Shown in pieces: positions 48,839 through 61,404 of a stretch of DNA of 64,000 bases. This DNA comes from Camelus ferus (lineage: Eukaryota): contig NC_045697.1 of assembly GCF_009834535.1 (NCBI RefSeq), forward strand, positions 75,828,001 through 75,892,000, given 5' to 3'. The position numbers and the translations under genes are program-made. Below the pieces are notes generated by a model. That model was not told where the DNA came from. It worked only from the letters and a program-made list of their open reading frames with translations, and searched no databases. Numbering within the stretch: position 1 is the first letter of the stretch; every line of letters starts with the position of its first letter.

Positions 48839-51339
48839 TATCTCATTCCAAGAATTTGGTTCTGGATTTTGGGGGAGGAGGTGTGTTTGAATCATAAAAA
48901 TGTCATGTGTCTATGTGTGTGTGACTGTATTTCCCATCTTACATTTTTCACTTTATAAGGACAGTTTTCTAAGTTTAAGTCTATGGAACTAATTTTTTTT
49001 ATTGCCTGTATAGTATCTCAACATGGAGTTACTTCACTTTTAATTTGTTCTTTAAGACTTGTTCATTCTTTTATTTCACTCACTGAATAATTACATGCCA
49101 GGCACTGGATCCTGGGAAAATTATAAATAGCACTACAATAGACATCCTTATGCAATTTTTTTTAAGCAAAATTCCCCATTGCTGAAATAGGAGACATATG
49201 TTTAGAAGATGCACATGGTGATTCTGAGATAAACAATGTGGGCACAAAGTGGTAACTCAAAAAAAATTTGTTGGTTCAGTCAATGACTTAGGTACTCCCA
49301 GAGTACAAGTTATTATAGAGCAGATAAGTACTACAGATATATGTTTTCCTAACTTAATCAGTATGCTTTATAATACCAAAGAAATATCTGTAAAACTCGA
49401 TTTACAGTATGTACTGAGTTAGGAAAAAAAAAAAAAAAAACGACAGAAACACACATGTCAGCCCTTTCCCTCCCTTAGACCATTCAGCATTATTATTTTT
49501 GGTAGGTGACTAATCAGGGACTTAGTAAACTTTGATATGTTGTAAGAACAAAAAGATTCAGTTAAAAAAAAGAGAAGAAATCATCTCTCTCTGTGAAATG
49601 GACAAGTCAATAGATGTTTTTCAAACATGGAAATTAAGACAAATAATTTGCCAAAATATTGGCAGTGACTAGAGTGGGAAAACTTTATGGTTTTTTTTAC
49701 TGGAGAATATTTAAGCGGTTTAATAAAAAATCATTTAATCATTCATTTCACAATATTTAAACTGAGACACGATAGTAACTGCAAATTCAAACATTAAACA
49801 GCCTCCTATACAGCCGGTGATCTTCCTCCAACGGAGCTGCAGGATTTACATCAGGAACAAGGCAAACAGGATGGCAGGCCTTCTTTTGAGCTTTTTTACT
49901 TCATCCATGTCCATGGGCCCCAAAGACCACAATATCAGTTTTTAAGATCGGTAGAAAATCTTATTTAAACATACCTTCATAATATCTCAACATCTGGGTC
50001 ATAAAGTAGGGAGTAGGTGTGATATTTACTCAAACTTGCCTGTGGATACACAGTTGAATCTCGTACTTACATGTCACCAATGGACAGGACCCCCTAGCCT
50101 CTGATTAGATCTGTTGTTGTCTATAAAAACTGTTGGTTTGAATTTCCATTTACTTTGACGGCATCCTAGCAAACCAGTCCATTTGCTATTGCCTTCTGGG
50201 CAAAATGCCTGGGCTTTGTAAAACTGAAAACGAACTCCTATTGCAAACGTAAAACAAACCCAAGGAAAATAAATTTCGATTGTTGGTGTTCTCTTTTGGG
50301 TTCTTACCTTTCTGTAGCTTGAAATTGAATGCTGTTAAACCTTTGGTTACTTTCAGGACCATTTTCATTTGGGGAAAACTTCTGTAGTGACAACATCTTA
50401 CAGTCTCCGGACTGTCCCGTTTTTATCATTACCGACATGTTTAATTACCATAAACAGAGGATTGTTTACCTCCATGATTTCTGCGCTGGGCACCCAGAGA
50501 TGACTCTGGATTATTTTTGTTGCTTATATGGATAAGCCAGTGCAAATTCTAGACATAATTACCCGGTCTTAAAGTAGAAATTAACATAAAATATATTTGT
50601 CAATTAATTTCAATGAAGATGTGGCCAAATTCCCTCCGATTCATTCTAGTTAGAATCTGAGGGTGCCATCATTTACTTTGAATACTGCCCAGCAGGTGTA
50701 TGAATAGCAACTCCAAGAAATATAGAGCCTTGACCATTTTAAAGAGGGCAACACCCTTTCTAAAAAAACATAAGTGCTGAGCTCATCAAAGAAACCACAC
50801 ACGGCAGCCTTGTGTTCCAAAAGCTGCGGAAAAGCACAGTGTTCCGTTGAGCAAAGAACTACTCTTTCACTGTTTATTTTGGTGACTGTTTTTTATCCTT
50901 AATGAGAAGCAAATCAATTAACAGGACAAATGACATGGTGGTTAGTCACCGAAGGGAAAGTATTATTAGCCTCATTAAGTTGGAGCACCCTTCCAGCTCA
51001 CGCCTAGAGTTACCATCGTGCGGATTCATGACTAACCCGGCCAGGCAACCCTGTGAGGTTTGGGAACTCACCTCTTTGACCTAGGACGGGGCAATAACCT
51101 GTGAATAACTGTCCCAAGCCTACTCACACCTACGTCAGGAAGCAGTTCCCGAATAAGGCGGGGTGCGGGGGTGGGGGATCCCTTCCGGGCCCCACCCTTG
51201 AAAGTTGCAGGGAGTGGCACGCAAAGAACTTTCCCAGATTGATCTCTGTCACCACTCGGGAGGTCCGCTCCAGCCTTTCCACCCTGAGCCGATCGGCCCT
51301 GCCTGCCAAGCCCCTCCTTCCCTGCACCTTTAACGGCTG

Positions 51340-51459
51340 CGAGAGGGAAGCGTTGGCTGGGGTTTTCTTCTTAAGAAGTCGCACCGGTTTTTCGAGCTCC
51401 GCTCTGCGCCTGGAGAGCCACAGCAGCGGGAGCGGCCGCCGCCGCCACCGGGCCGGTGG
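51340..51459 (+). other. Candidate upstream non-coding first exon (start approximate)
   Basis: Donor TGG|gtgagt at 51459/51460 inside the CpG island; no ATG in the segment. Confidence 0.5.
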
Positions 51460-51619
51460 GTGAGTCACTGTTTGGAAATGGAGTGGGCGGGCAAGGGTGT
51501 GAGAGAATGAATGATGTCAGGAGCGCGCAGGGCGGCGGGCGGGGAGAGCGGGCCGCGGGGCCGCGGTAAACACCGAGCGCCGCGCCGCGGGCTGAGCGGG
51601 GCGGGGAGACCCCGCCCTC

Positions 51620-51884
51620 GGCGCGCTCGGAGCCGTCCTCGGCCGCCCGAGCCCGGCCGGTGCTGCAGCGCCGCCGAGAGCGGCCTCGGGGGCGGCAGCC
51701 GCGGGAGCGACCGGGAGAGCTGCTTCCCTGGCGGGGCCGAGGCGCGAGAAGACGAGACCCCCAGCAAACTTTCCAGCGGCTTCGGCCGTGGTGGCTGCGG
51801 CAGCGGGCTCCGTCCCCTGGCAGATCCCGGGCCCGGGAGCTAGTGCCTTCAGCTGGGAAGGTCTGGAGCACCAGCTGAGAGCTG
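51620..51884 (+). other. Candidate main non-coding first exon of an unidentified + strand gene (start approximate)
   Basis: Follows the GC boxes, has no ATG, ends at donor CTG|gtaagg (51884/51885); downstream 52-64 kb looks intronic with no recognisable coding exon. Confidence 0.6.
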
Positions 51885-52649
51885 GTAAGGAGTGCCCGAG
51901 GGGCTGGGGAGGAGGATGGGCTGGAAAGCGGCGCTGCGGGCGCAGCGCGGGGAGGGGAAGGTGGACCGCGTACGCAGATGTGGCTCCAATTCGGCCCCCA
52001 AGCGCCCGGCCTCGGGGCATCCTTCCTTGATTTTGCCTGATTGAGGATGGATTTGTGGTTTCGTGTCCTTGCTCCGAGCAGTCATCTCATTCATTTGCAA
52101 CCATTTCGGGTAACTCGGTCCTGGCGTTGAAAGGACACAGATGGAACCATAGATTGCCAGAGCCACTCTGGAGGAGGTCAGGGCTGAAGTTCAGGAGGTG
52201 GAGGAGGGACTGTCTTTTAGCTTCTTTGAGAGGCACTTACTGATGATGTGTGAACAGTGATAGCCCAGTTCTGGGCTGCCTACACTGAAACCTTTCAGCG
52301 TTTGGCATGCCAGAGCTACTCCACTTAAGGAGAGGGAGGCTTGGTTTTTCAGCGCAAATAGGTAGCAGTGGACCTGTCTACCTTTCTGAGATTTGGATAA
52401 TCGTTAATAGCCCGCGACTACATCTTGAAACAACTCAAATGTTTTGTTTGTCTCCTGTAATTTTTTTTAATACCAGTCTTTGTCATTCTTCTGTTTCACC
52501 TTGCTTGCTCTAATATGACCTTAAAATCGTTTCGACATGCATGTTAAATTTTTGAAGCGGTTCAATTGTTTAGTGTCCTAGGTGGGCGTGGATTTTGAAT
52601 TTAAACTTAACTTTTCAAACTCTTGATTTCATTCCAAGTTTCATCTATG

Positions 52650-52790
52650 AACGGTGGGTTCTCAGTCATTCTAAACACTCTGAACCAGTAAAATGGGGCT
52701 ATAACTACTTCAGCGGATAATAATGAGGATTAAAGTGCAAAAGACCTATCATAATGTCTGGCACAAAGCAGACCTCAACAAATTGTAACT
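52650..52790 (+). mobile_element. MIR 3' half
   Basis: GTAAAATGGGGCTATAACTACTT...ATGAGGATTAAA...ATGTCTGGCACAAAGCAGACCTCAACAAAT. Confidence 0.75.
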
Positions 52791-54504
52791 GTATACATAC
52801 ACAAGTTGTAAATTGTAATATATATACATATGTATTATATATACATATATATAAACACTGTGTTCCAGCTGACTTAGGTAATCACCAATTAATTTACACA
52901 AAATTTCTTACTTATAAACCTGGTGGGCTGAGGTTTAGTATATGAAATCCTTTTGACAAGTTCCTCAGAGTGAGAAGTGATGTCTTCAGGAAATTAAACA
53001 CTTCTGTGTGGATACCTGAACGATTATTGTTTCCCACACCACATACCGGAAACTGCCATTCACTGCTTGAACAGAGAGCAGTGGCTAAAAGTGACAAACC
53101 TGGAATTTGGAGGAAGATTGGATGTGTGAACTCTCTAACTTTACCCTTAACTTTTTTTTTCCTTTTTTAAAAAATAAGCGGTACAAAATTATAGCTCTTT
53201 CCTTGGTTTGCTTCTGGTCTTACTTCACAACAGTCTTCTGGTTGAAGTGTTTTTTTGAGTTAATATTTAATTTGGTTTCTGTACTTTCATTTTTAAGTAA
53301 GGCTGGTTGACTTAGGAACCTGGAGGGAAACACTTGGACACCCGTGGGGTGCTGCTTCCTGTCCTCAATTTCTGTTTTCTCAGAATCTCATACAAGCTCC
53401 TAGGGAATATTTGGAAGGATAGGGAGCATTTGCTCAGGGTTATTGAAAACATTTGTTCTTATAGCTGCAAAAACTTTTAGGGTCAAAGGTCACAAGGAAT
53501 GTTTGTTTTTCCCAAAGTGTGTGATGCAGAGAGATCTTGGTCATCAGAATCCAGAAGACGTGAGGCTATCTGGGTGGTAACTTACTAGCTGTGTTACTTT
53601 GAGCAATTTAAACTCTCTGGAATTCTTGTGGGACTTTAAATATACACAGGGAAAAAACAGAAATAGTCTCACATCTATTAAAATAGGCAACTGAATACAA
53701 ATGAGAACTTTTCCTTTTTAAAGAAGTGATACTTTGAAGTGAGATGTTGTTTGTTTTCTTTTTTTAAGGAGTAATTACCAAGAATTCTAGACAGTTTCAG
53801 ACTAGAGTAGCCTATTTACCTTTATCTAATTCTCTTATGGGGAACTTGAAGCCTCTATCCTGAACTATTACTATCAGATATTTATTCAATTCAGTTGTTT
53901 AGTGAGCAGCTACTGTATTCCAGTCACTAAGCTAGGTATTAGCAATACTAAGAGGAAGGAGGCACCGTATCTGCACTTGAGGCTTACAGTCCAGTAAAAA
54001 GAGCTTCTAGGTTTTGATTATGGAGAGGAAGAAGGGTCAAAAGGAGATGGCTGGGGAGCTGGGAGGAAACTAGACGTGGTTAGGCTATGATAGACTGCCT
54101 CCCACTGATAATTCGAGATCTCCTGGCTTTCTAATGGGCATTGAGCTCGGGCTCATAAATTCTTATGAGGCTGAACAATGCTAGTATGCCTTGCTTTATG
54201 CAGTAAAAATATTATAGACAAATTTAGCCCTTTAATTAAATAATTTTAAATGTACCAGAGCAAGCTCGTTTAAAAGAAATCTGAAGGGTAAAATTAGTTC
54301 AACCACGATTTATTTACTGTGAGTGAAGCACCATTGTAGTTTTTTAAGAGAATAGTCACTGTGCAAATAGTGTTCCAATTTATTTATTTTTCCTCCTGTT
54401 ATAAGTAGTATGTTGCTTATAGAAGTTTAAAAGTACAACGTAAACAAATCTGCAACCACCCAGATCCTCAAACTCTTTCTCACCGCTGGGAACACACAAC
54501 ACCA

Positions 54505-54720
54505 AGAGCTAACATGTATTGTGCTTACTGTGGGCCAGGCAATGTGCCAGTTCCTTTGTACACAAGACTTTCCTGTTCTCCCCACTCCAGTCCTGTGAGG
54601 TAGGTAGGTACTGTTATGGAGGAGAAAACTGCTTTAGAGAAATTAAGTAAGTTTCCTAAAGTTACACAACTAGAAAGTTATTCTCCACAAAACTGGGTTC
54701 ATTTTCTGCATTACTACCTT
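54505..54720 (-). mobile_element. MIR SINE
   Basis: GCTAACATGTATTGTGCTTACTGTGGGCCAGGCA...CCTGTGAGGTAGG...TTAAGTAAGTTTCCTAAAGTTACACAACTAG. Confidence 0.8.
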
Positions 54721-56553
54721 CTAACTTACTTTTTTTCACCCACATATGGACATCTCTATATCATTAAAATATACTTGTATAGCAGCTTTTATAATTTTCT
54801 GTTGTATGGCTGTATCCTGACTTAACCAAGCCCCTGTTGTTGGATATTTAGTTTCCAGTTTTCACTGTTTTAAGCAACTGCAGTTAAGTATCCTTCTAGC
54901 CCTGTGTGAACATTCATGATTATTTTAGTCATTTTGCATTTTAAAAAGTGAATTTAATTTTTAATTTAGCTGCCTTTTTTTTGTTTTTACCATATTCAGA
55001 ATTAGAAAACTTTCTCCTTTCTCTTTAAAATTGGTTTTAATTTCTGTGTTCCTTTAGTGTTTCTCGTAAGATCTGAGCAATAGGATCAACATTCTCTGTG
55101 GAGCTGCACAATAGGTCAGTAGCTCATTACACAAGGGATTTATCTGATAAAAACGGAACACAGAGGCTTTCTTAAAGAACTGTTTGTGTTTTTATTATTA
55201 TTAGCCATAAGGCTAAACTTTTGTGAGGAAATACTGTAGAAGGGAGCAGTGCTAATTTTGCCAGACAGAAAAGAAATTCTGCTTCTACAGTTTGCCTCCT
55301 TAGTACCCAGAAAGATAGACAGGTTACATTTCGTAGATAATCACGTTTAGCAGATTTATCGCTAGGTTTAGAATGAGCTCCATCACTTTTAAATAGGTCA
55401 CCTTTTAAAAAATCTTACACCTTTGTTGTTGATCTCTTGAAAAGTGTATCATTGCTAAGACATTTTTGGGTTGATTTAATAAAAGTACAAGATATTTCCA
55501 TTAGCTACCTTTCATTATAGGTATAAAGCATTTCTTCATTTAAATATTTCTCAAATTTTACTGTAATATCTTACCCTCTTTGCTACTCTAAGTCAAAATT
55601 TTAATTTTACTTGGGGCTTAAAATTACATTTCCATTGCTAGCTACTTTATCCTTACAGTTTTGGTAAAAGATACTGGAATATGAGTGGTCAATCCAGCCT
55701 CTTCAGACAGAAATCCAGATCAGTTCAATTTATTTATTCCTAACAATGACTTGTAATTCAAAGCAGAATGTAAAGAAACAGCTAATATAATTAAAGTATA
55801 AATAGGATAACCATTTATTTGCTAATTGCTTTTCCACACTGCCAAACCCTAATTTGACGATTTGCTTAAAATTTAAAATTCTATCTTACAATTTTGTGTC
55901 TTTAGTTTGATAGCGTCAATTAAAACTTTCAAACCAAACTTGGGTACATTCTTACTTTTTTTTTTTTTTAGAGCATTAACTGGATTGAGCATTTTATATT
56001 TACATCTTTTCTCTCAACATAGTAGTATTTAAAAAGAGTAAGTAAAGCCACATATTAAAATTATTAAAGGGTAGGGGGAGGAGATGAAAGATAATAATGT
56101 TGAAGCCAAAGTGTCAGAAAAGACAGCCAGCTACTAAAAGTCAAATAGGAAAAAAGCTCTGGAAGAGCCCTTCAGGTGAGTGTCACTTCTCTGCCTGGCA
56201 GAGCCTGTGCTGAGGTTCACCTAGAGCGATACGTCTGACTGTGGAAGGAGAAGTGCCCGAACTAAGGAACGTCAGGGCCAGCCTCAGGCAAAATTGAGAA
56301 GGAACTGAAATACCTACCTCAGGGCATCGTTACCTCTAAGTTTACCTGTCAGGACTTGCCTTCACCAGGAAAAGTGCTCAATGAGTATCTGCATAAAGGC
56401 CCACTCCTATCCAACTGAAACTGGACCTGGAGGCATCATGTTTATGGAAAATTGAGGGAGGAGAATTTATTTGCCTCTGGAATTTAATCACCTCTTTTCA
56501 ATTAAGATGATTAGAAATGCAAAATATAAGATAAGAATTAAACTTAAAAAAAA

Positions 56554-57130
56554 TCTATTCATCAGTGGACACAGGTTGTTTCCATGTCTTGGCTGGCCAT
56601 TGTGAATAATGCTACCATGAACATGGGGATGCAGATACCTTTTTGAGATAGTGATTTCATTTCCTTTGGATAGATACCAGAAGTGGAATTGCTAGATAAT
56701 ATGATAGTTCTGTTGTTTTCTAAAAAAATTTTTTGAGGAACCTCCATAGTGTCCTCCACAATGACTATACCAATTTACATTCCTACCAACAGCGCACAGG
56801 GGTCCCTCTCTCCACATCCTTGGCAACATTTGTTATGGCTCGTCTTTTTTGGGGGGAATAGGTAATTTGGTTTATTTATTTGTTTGTTTATTAACAGAGG
56901 TACTGGGGATTGAACCCAGGACCTTGGACATGCTAAACCTTCTGCCACTGAACTCTGTCCTCCCCTCTCTTGTCTTTTTGATAGCAGACATCTTATCAGG
57001 TGTGAGATGATAGCTCATTGTGGGTTTTGATTTGCATTTCCCTGCTGATTAATGATGCTGAGCAACTTTTCATGTACCTATTGGCCATTTGTATGCCTTC
57101 TCTGGGCAAAAAATATCTATTCAGGTCTAT
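56554..57130 (-). mobile_element. L1 ORF2 C-terminal fragment lacking 3'UTR, with a nested SINE
   Basis: ORF track 56562-56759 GIYPKEMKSLSQKGICIPMFMVALFTMA is the L1 ORF2 C-terminus. Confidence 0.9.
56851..56965 (-). mobile_element. vic-1-type SINE (extended tail) nested in L1
   Basis: GAGGTACTGGGGATTGAACCCAGGACC...CCACTGAACT; flanks CTCGTCTTTTT / CTTGTCTTTTT form its own TSD. Confidence 0.9.
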
Positions 57131-57266
57131 ATTTAATTTAATTAATTAATTAATTAATTTTAGGAGGAGGTAATTCGGTTTATTTATTTAACAGTGGTAC
57201 TGGGGATTGAACCCAGGACCTCCTGCATGCTAAGCGTGCACTCTACCACTGAGCTACATCCTCCCC
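57131..57266 (-). mobile_element. vic-1-type SINE (extended tail)
   Basis: GGTACTGGGGATTGAACCCAGGACCTCCTGCATGCTAAGCGTGCACTCTACCACTGAGCTACATCCTCCCC with (TTAA)n tail. Confidence 0.94.
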
Positions 57267-57984
57267 TCAAGAATTAAGCTTTTGAAAAGCTTTTCCACAA
57301 ATGGCAGTGACTGAAGGGGGCAATAGCCCTGGAGGTGGGAAAACAACTGTAGAAAGACGCACATGTGCCAAAGGCAGGTTCTGTGTGCTTTGGTGAATTG
57401 TACCGAATCCCACGGCCTGCTGAGAACTGGCTCCTGCTGTTGAAACTGCGGTCACATGTGATCCTGGAAGGTCTGGCCTGGGAGGGGTGAAAACACACAT
57501 CGGGGGCCTCTCTGACCTGCTCTGCTGACAAGAGTCATCCTGGGAAGTCACCTCGTAACACACCTCCCACTGAGATGGGTTAAGGAGACGTTTCCTTACT
57601 TGGGAGAACTTGAAGTAGGTAGTCTGATCTGACACCTACAGAGGTTTGAAAGAGTGAGTTTTCATTTAGGGGTAGGGAAGAGGCTTATAGAAAGCATGAG
57701 TGGTTGGGATCACGGATCACTTACCTGGTTGGGGTGCCGTGGAGGGATACCTTTAGATAGCAGCCTGCCTCCAGCGAGAAGTAGAGGCCTCTCGGGAAAA
57801 GGTTGGCAGCAGTAGCTGAAAATGAAGCTAAGCTTTGAAACAGAGAGAGGCCAAACAGGTTGGTTATCCAAGCTTCCCCACACACAGAAGCTGGAGATAG
57901 TGCTGTAAAATGGTGATGGTTAGATAACAGTAGATACTGAGATAAGCTCTAGAGAAGATTAAATCAAATGCTCTCTTCATCTCC

Positions 57985-58500
57985 AGACAGGCCTGCAAAG
58001 TAGAAATTGTGTTATCTCCGCTTGTGGAGTTAGGGAAACAATTTAGAAAGGTTAGTGTACTCAAGGCTGCAGAGCTGGTAGGAAGTGGAGCAGGGATTTG
58101 AAGCCAGGGCCAGCTGATTCTAGTAATGCCCACACACTGCCTAGTATCCCCCAAGGCTTTCTAAATCTCTCCACTAGCTTTGGAGGTGTGGCAGGTTTGG
58201 GGGGGTATATATTTTGACATGGGACTGCGTGTCTACTAACCCATCTCCTGGAATGTTTCTGTGGTCTGTGCTGCCAGAGAGGTGAGAGATGAAGGCAACG
58301 TGCACTCAGGTCGCAATACCACCGCTCACCACTAGGTGACCTTGAGCAACTTTGTCAGATTAAACTCCATTTCCTGGCTGTAAAATGGGAATAAAATAGT
58401 ATTTACTTCCTAAGACTACTATAAATTATATGACTTTATGTGTATGAACCAACGAGGATAATGCTTGGTTCATAGTTAATTTTGGGGGGCTCAGCTATCA
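57985..58500. mobile_element. Two MIR fragments (- strand ~57985-58140, + strand ~58300-58500)
   Basis: GAGCTGGTAGGAAGTGGAGCAGGGATTTGAAGCCAGG; GTGACCTTGAGCAA...TTTCCTGGCTGTAAAATGGGAATAAAATAGTA. Confidence 0.75.
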
Positions 58501-59319
58501 TTTTTTGCATGTAAGATGTACCTCTAACTTTTAAAACAAAAGGTTCATTCTTACTATCTCAAACACCAAATTGTTTCTTATTAATTGTCATGAAAGGAGT
58601 GTATTTCTCTTGTAATGGAATAGCCATTTGTACATCTTTCCTGTATCAGTAAGGTCTGGGGCCCATCCCTCACCCCGCCCTCCTCCTTTCCTTCAGGGTT
58701 AAGATAAAATTATTGAAATTGACTGCCCACTGCCATTGAGTTCAACAGCTTTTGTAAGCAGTATATAACATCAGCTGTGAATGCTGAAAAGCTTTCAAAG
58801 CTGCAGTCACAATATGCCAGCCCTCTCAGCAGATGCTGGTGGTGTTAGTGGGGCACAACCGCTGCTGTCCCTCACAGAGCTCAGCCTTCTGAGGAGTATT
58901 GTACCATGAACACCACTGTCCCAGAAAATGCCGGGGCCATTAAGAATCACAGACCCTACTGTCCTCCCCGGGCAGTATGCTGTGCGTCTTTCTTTAGGAG
59001 GCCCTGAGACGGTTTATTTAATACAACTGCTACTGTTTTCTGTGATTTGCATTTGATCTGTAAGTTATTTAGCCATCCAGTTATTACTACCCCAGTAGTT
59101 TCTACCAAACTTTAGTAGCAACAAAGGGCATTGTTTTTGTTAATTTTTTTGTGTGTATGTATGATATGTATGATATATGTTTTTGTTAACTTTTTGTGTG
59201 TATATATATGTATGATAATCATATCCTCTGTGATGGATTAGTTAGTGTTGAGAAGTATACTCCCTGGGTATGTAGTGTGATTGGCAAGTTGTAAGCAGCA
59301 AGCAGGAACATTTAAAATT

Positions 59320-59555
59320 TTATTTACCAAATAAAGTGCTCACTATGTGCCAGGGTTTGTTTTGAGCACTTAGAACTCTTACTCCTTTGTCCTTCTTTAA
59401 GGACACTCTGAGGCAGATATTATCCCCATTTTAAGAATCCTTATGTGAGACACAGAGAAGTTAAGTCACTTGCCTAAGGTCACAGAGCTAGCATGAGGCA
59501 GAATTAGGTTTTGAAAGCAGACAATTTGGCTGCAGAGTTTAACCATTGCACTGTT
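59320..59555 (-). mobile_element. MIR SINE
   Basis: GTGCTCACTATGTGCCAGG...TATTATCCCCATTTTA...GTTAAGTCACTTGCCTAAGGTCACAGAGCTAG. Confidence 0.85.
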
Positions 59556-59994
59556 GATCTAGCATGTATCTCACAGTTTGGGCCTCGTTTGTGTCCTTGC
59601 ACATGCAGTTTTAGCAGAGGGAGCATCACACCTGTCCAAACATAGTATCAACTCCATATGATTTACCATGTGGAGGTCTACAGCTAGGTCATATTTCAGT
59701 GTTGCCATCAAAAGATATTAATTTTCAATATGGTGTCAAACATTTCTTTCCAAAAGCTTCTGAGTGCTCAGTCAGTCCTGGTGTGTTGAGTCCGGGAAAG
59801 AAGTACGTTCATTCTCCCATCCCCCTGATTGGCACATACAGCTGTAATCTGTTCCTGCTGCTCTAACGCTACTTATTTTTTAAGTTGCAGGGCTTTCACC
59901 TATTGTAAATTAAAATATTTAAAAATCCTCATTGGAGGAGAACAGCTTGTACATGGTGAGGTTTCTTTGACCATTTTCTAATTACTCTTGGAGA

Positions 59995-60484
59995 CGGTAG
60001 TAGGCAGAGTAGTGGCGCCCCAAAGATGTTCTCGTCCTAATCCCCAGACACTATCAGTCAGTTACGTTACATGCCAAGGGGGAGTTAAGGTTGCTAATCA
60101 GCTGACTTAGGATATGGAGACTATCCTGGATTAGCTGGGTGCACCCAGTGTAATCACAAGGATCCTTATAAGTGGAAAAGCGAAGCAGAAGAATCAGAAT
60201 CAGAGAGTTGTCACTATTAGAAAAACTCAAACAGCCATTGCTGGCTTTGAAGAAAAGGGGGCTACAAGCAAAGCAGGGCATGGCATGTCTAGAGGCTGAA
60301 AAAGGCTGGGAAATAGATTTTCCCCTGGGCCTCCAGATGCGACCACAGCCCTGCTGACATTTTGGTGTTAACCCACTGAGACCCATTTTGGACTTCTGAT
60401 TTCTAGAACTGTAAGAAAAGAAATTTGTGTTTTAAGCCACTAAATTTACAGTAACTTACACAGCAGCAACAGGAAACTAACACA
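59995..60484 (+). mobile_element. MaLR solo LTR (MLT1D-like)
   Basis: GTAGGCAGAGTAGTGGCGCCCCAAAGATGTTCTCGTCCTAATCCCC...GGACTTCTGATTTCTAGAACTGTAAG...CAGCAGCAACAGGAAACTAACACA. Confidence 0.9.
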
Positions 60485-60920
60485 GAGTTACTAGAACAGT
60501 CTGTGTTTTGGTTTGTTCCTTGTGCCAGCCGTGCAGAAGAGCTGCTTAATCTCATGATTTATTGTTTGGACACTTCAAGTATTCCAAGTATTTACGTTTT
60601 GGTGGCTGTTTTGTTTTGCATGTAAACCGAACCACTTTGGGGCAGAGGAAGTTGACTTTTTGTAATTCTATACATTTTTATACCTAGCAAATATCTTAAA
60701 TGACAGTGTCAAGATTTTAGGGAAAAAAGTCTTGTTGATTTCAGAGCAAGTCGAGCCATTCAGGCCTTGTATCAGAGTTGCCTAAAAGAAATGTGGCTCT
60801 GCACCCCATATGGCCGTCCTTATAACCTTGCATGTTTGTTGGGTAAGGCGATGGTCCACACATGATGGTAGTGATGGTTGCGGTGATAATTGCTTGAGTT
60901 TTAACTCCAGATTCCCTGTG

Positions 60921-61372
60921 TTTTTTTAACTAAAAAATATTTTATTGGGGTATAGTTGATTTACAATATTACATGAGTTTCAGGTGTACAACATAGTGAT
61001 TCACTATTTTTAGGTTAAACCCCATTTATAGTTATAAAGTATTGGCTATATTCCCTGTGTTGTGCAACATATCCTTGTAGCTTATATATTTTATACATAA
61101 TAGTTTGTACCTCTTAGTCCCCTATCTTCTCTTGCCTTTCCCCCTTCTCTCTCCCTACTGGTAACCACTAGTTTGTTCTATCTGTGAGTCCATTTCTTTT
61201 TTGTTATATTCACTAGTTTGTTTTATTTTTTAGATTCCACATATAAGTGATAATGTACAGTATTTGTCATTCTCTGTCGGACTTATTTCACTAAGCATAG
61301 TACCCCCAGGTCCATCCACGTTGCTGCCAATGGCAAAAGTTCATTCCTTTTTATGGCTGAGTAGTATTCCGT

Positions 61373-61404
<32 letters not shown>

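Larger units (their letters stand above)
51080..52130. promoter_or_regulatory. CpG island promoter
   Basis: Abrupt switch to very high GC and dense CpG in an otherwise CpG-depleted window; GC boxes (GGGCGG at ~51485 and ~51530, GGGGCGGGG at ~51598), CRE-like TACGTCA and GGAAG at 51131-51143, TGAGTCA at 51461-51467. Confidence 0.93.

Noticed and set aside
50385..50565. Possible hAT-Blackjack (MER94/MER81-like) relic upstream of the CpG island
   Set aside because: Only the short CCGGACTGTCCCG motif resembles it; too little to call.
51101..52166. Overlapping 100-167 aa ORFs on both strands in the CpG island
   Set aside because: Arg/Pro/Gly/Ala-rich frames expected where high GC makes stop codons rare; no recognisable domain.
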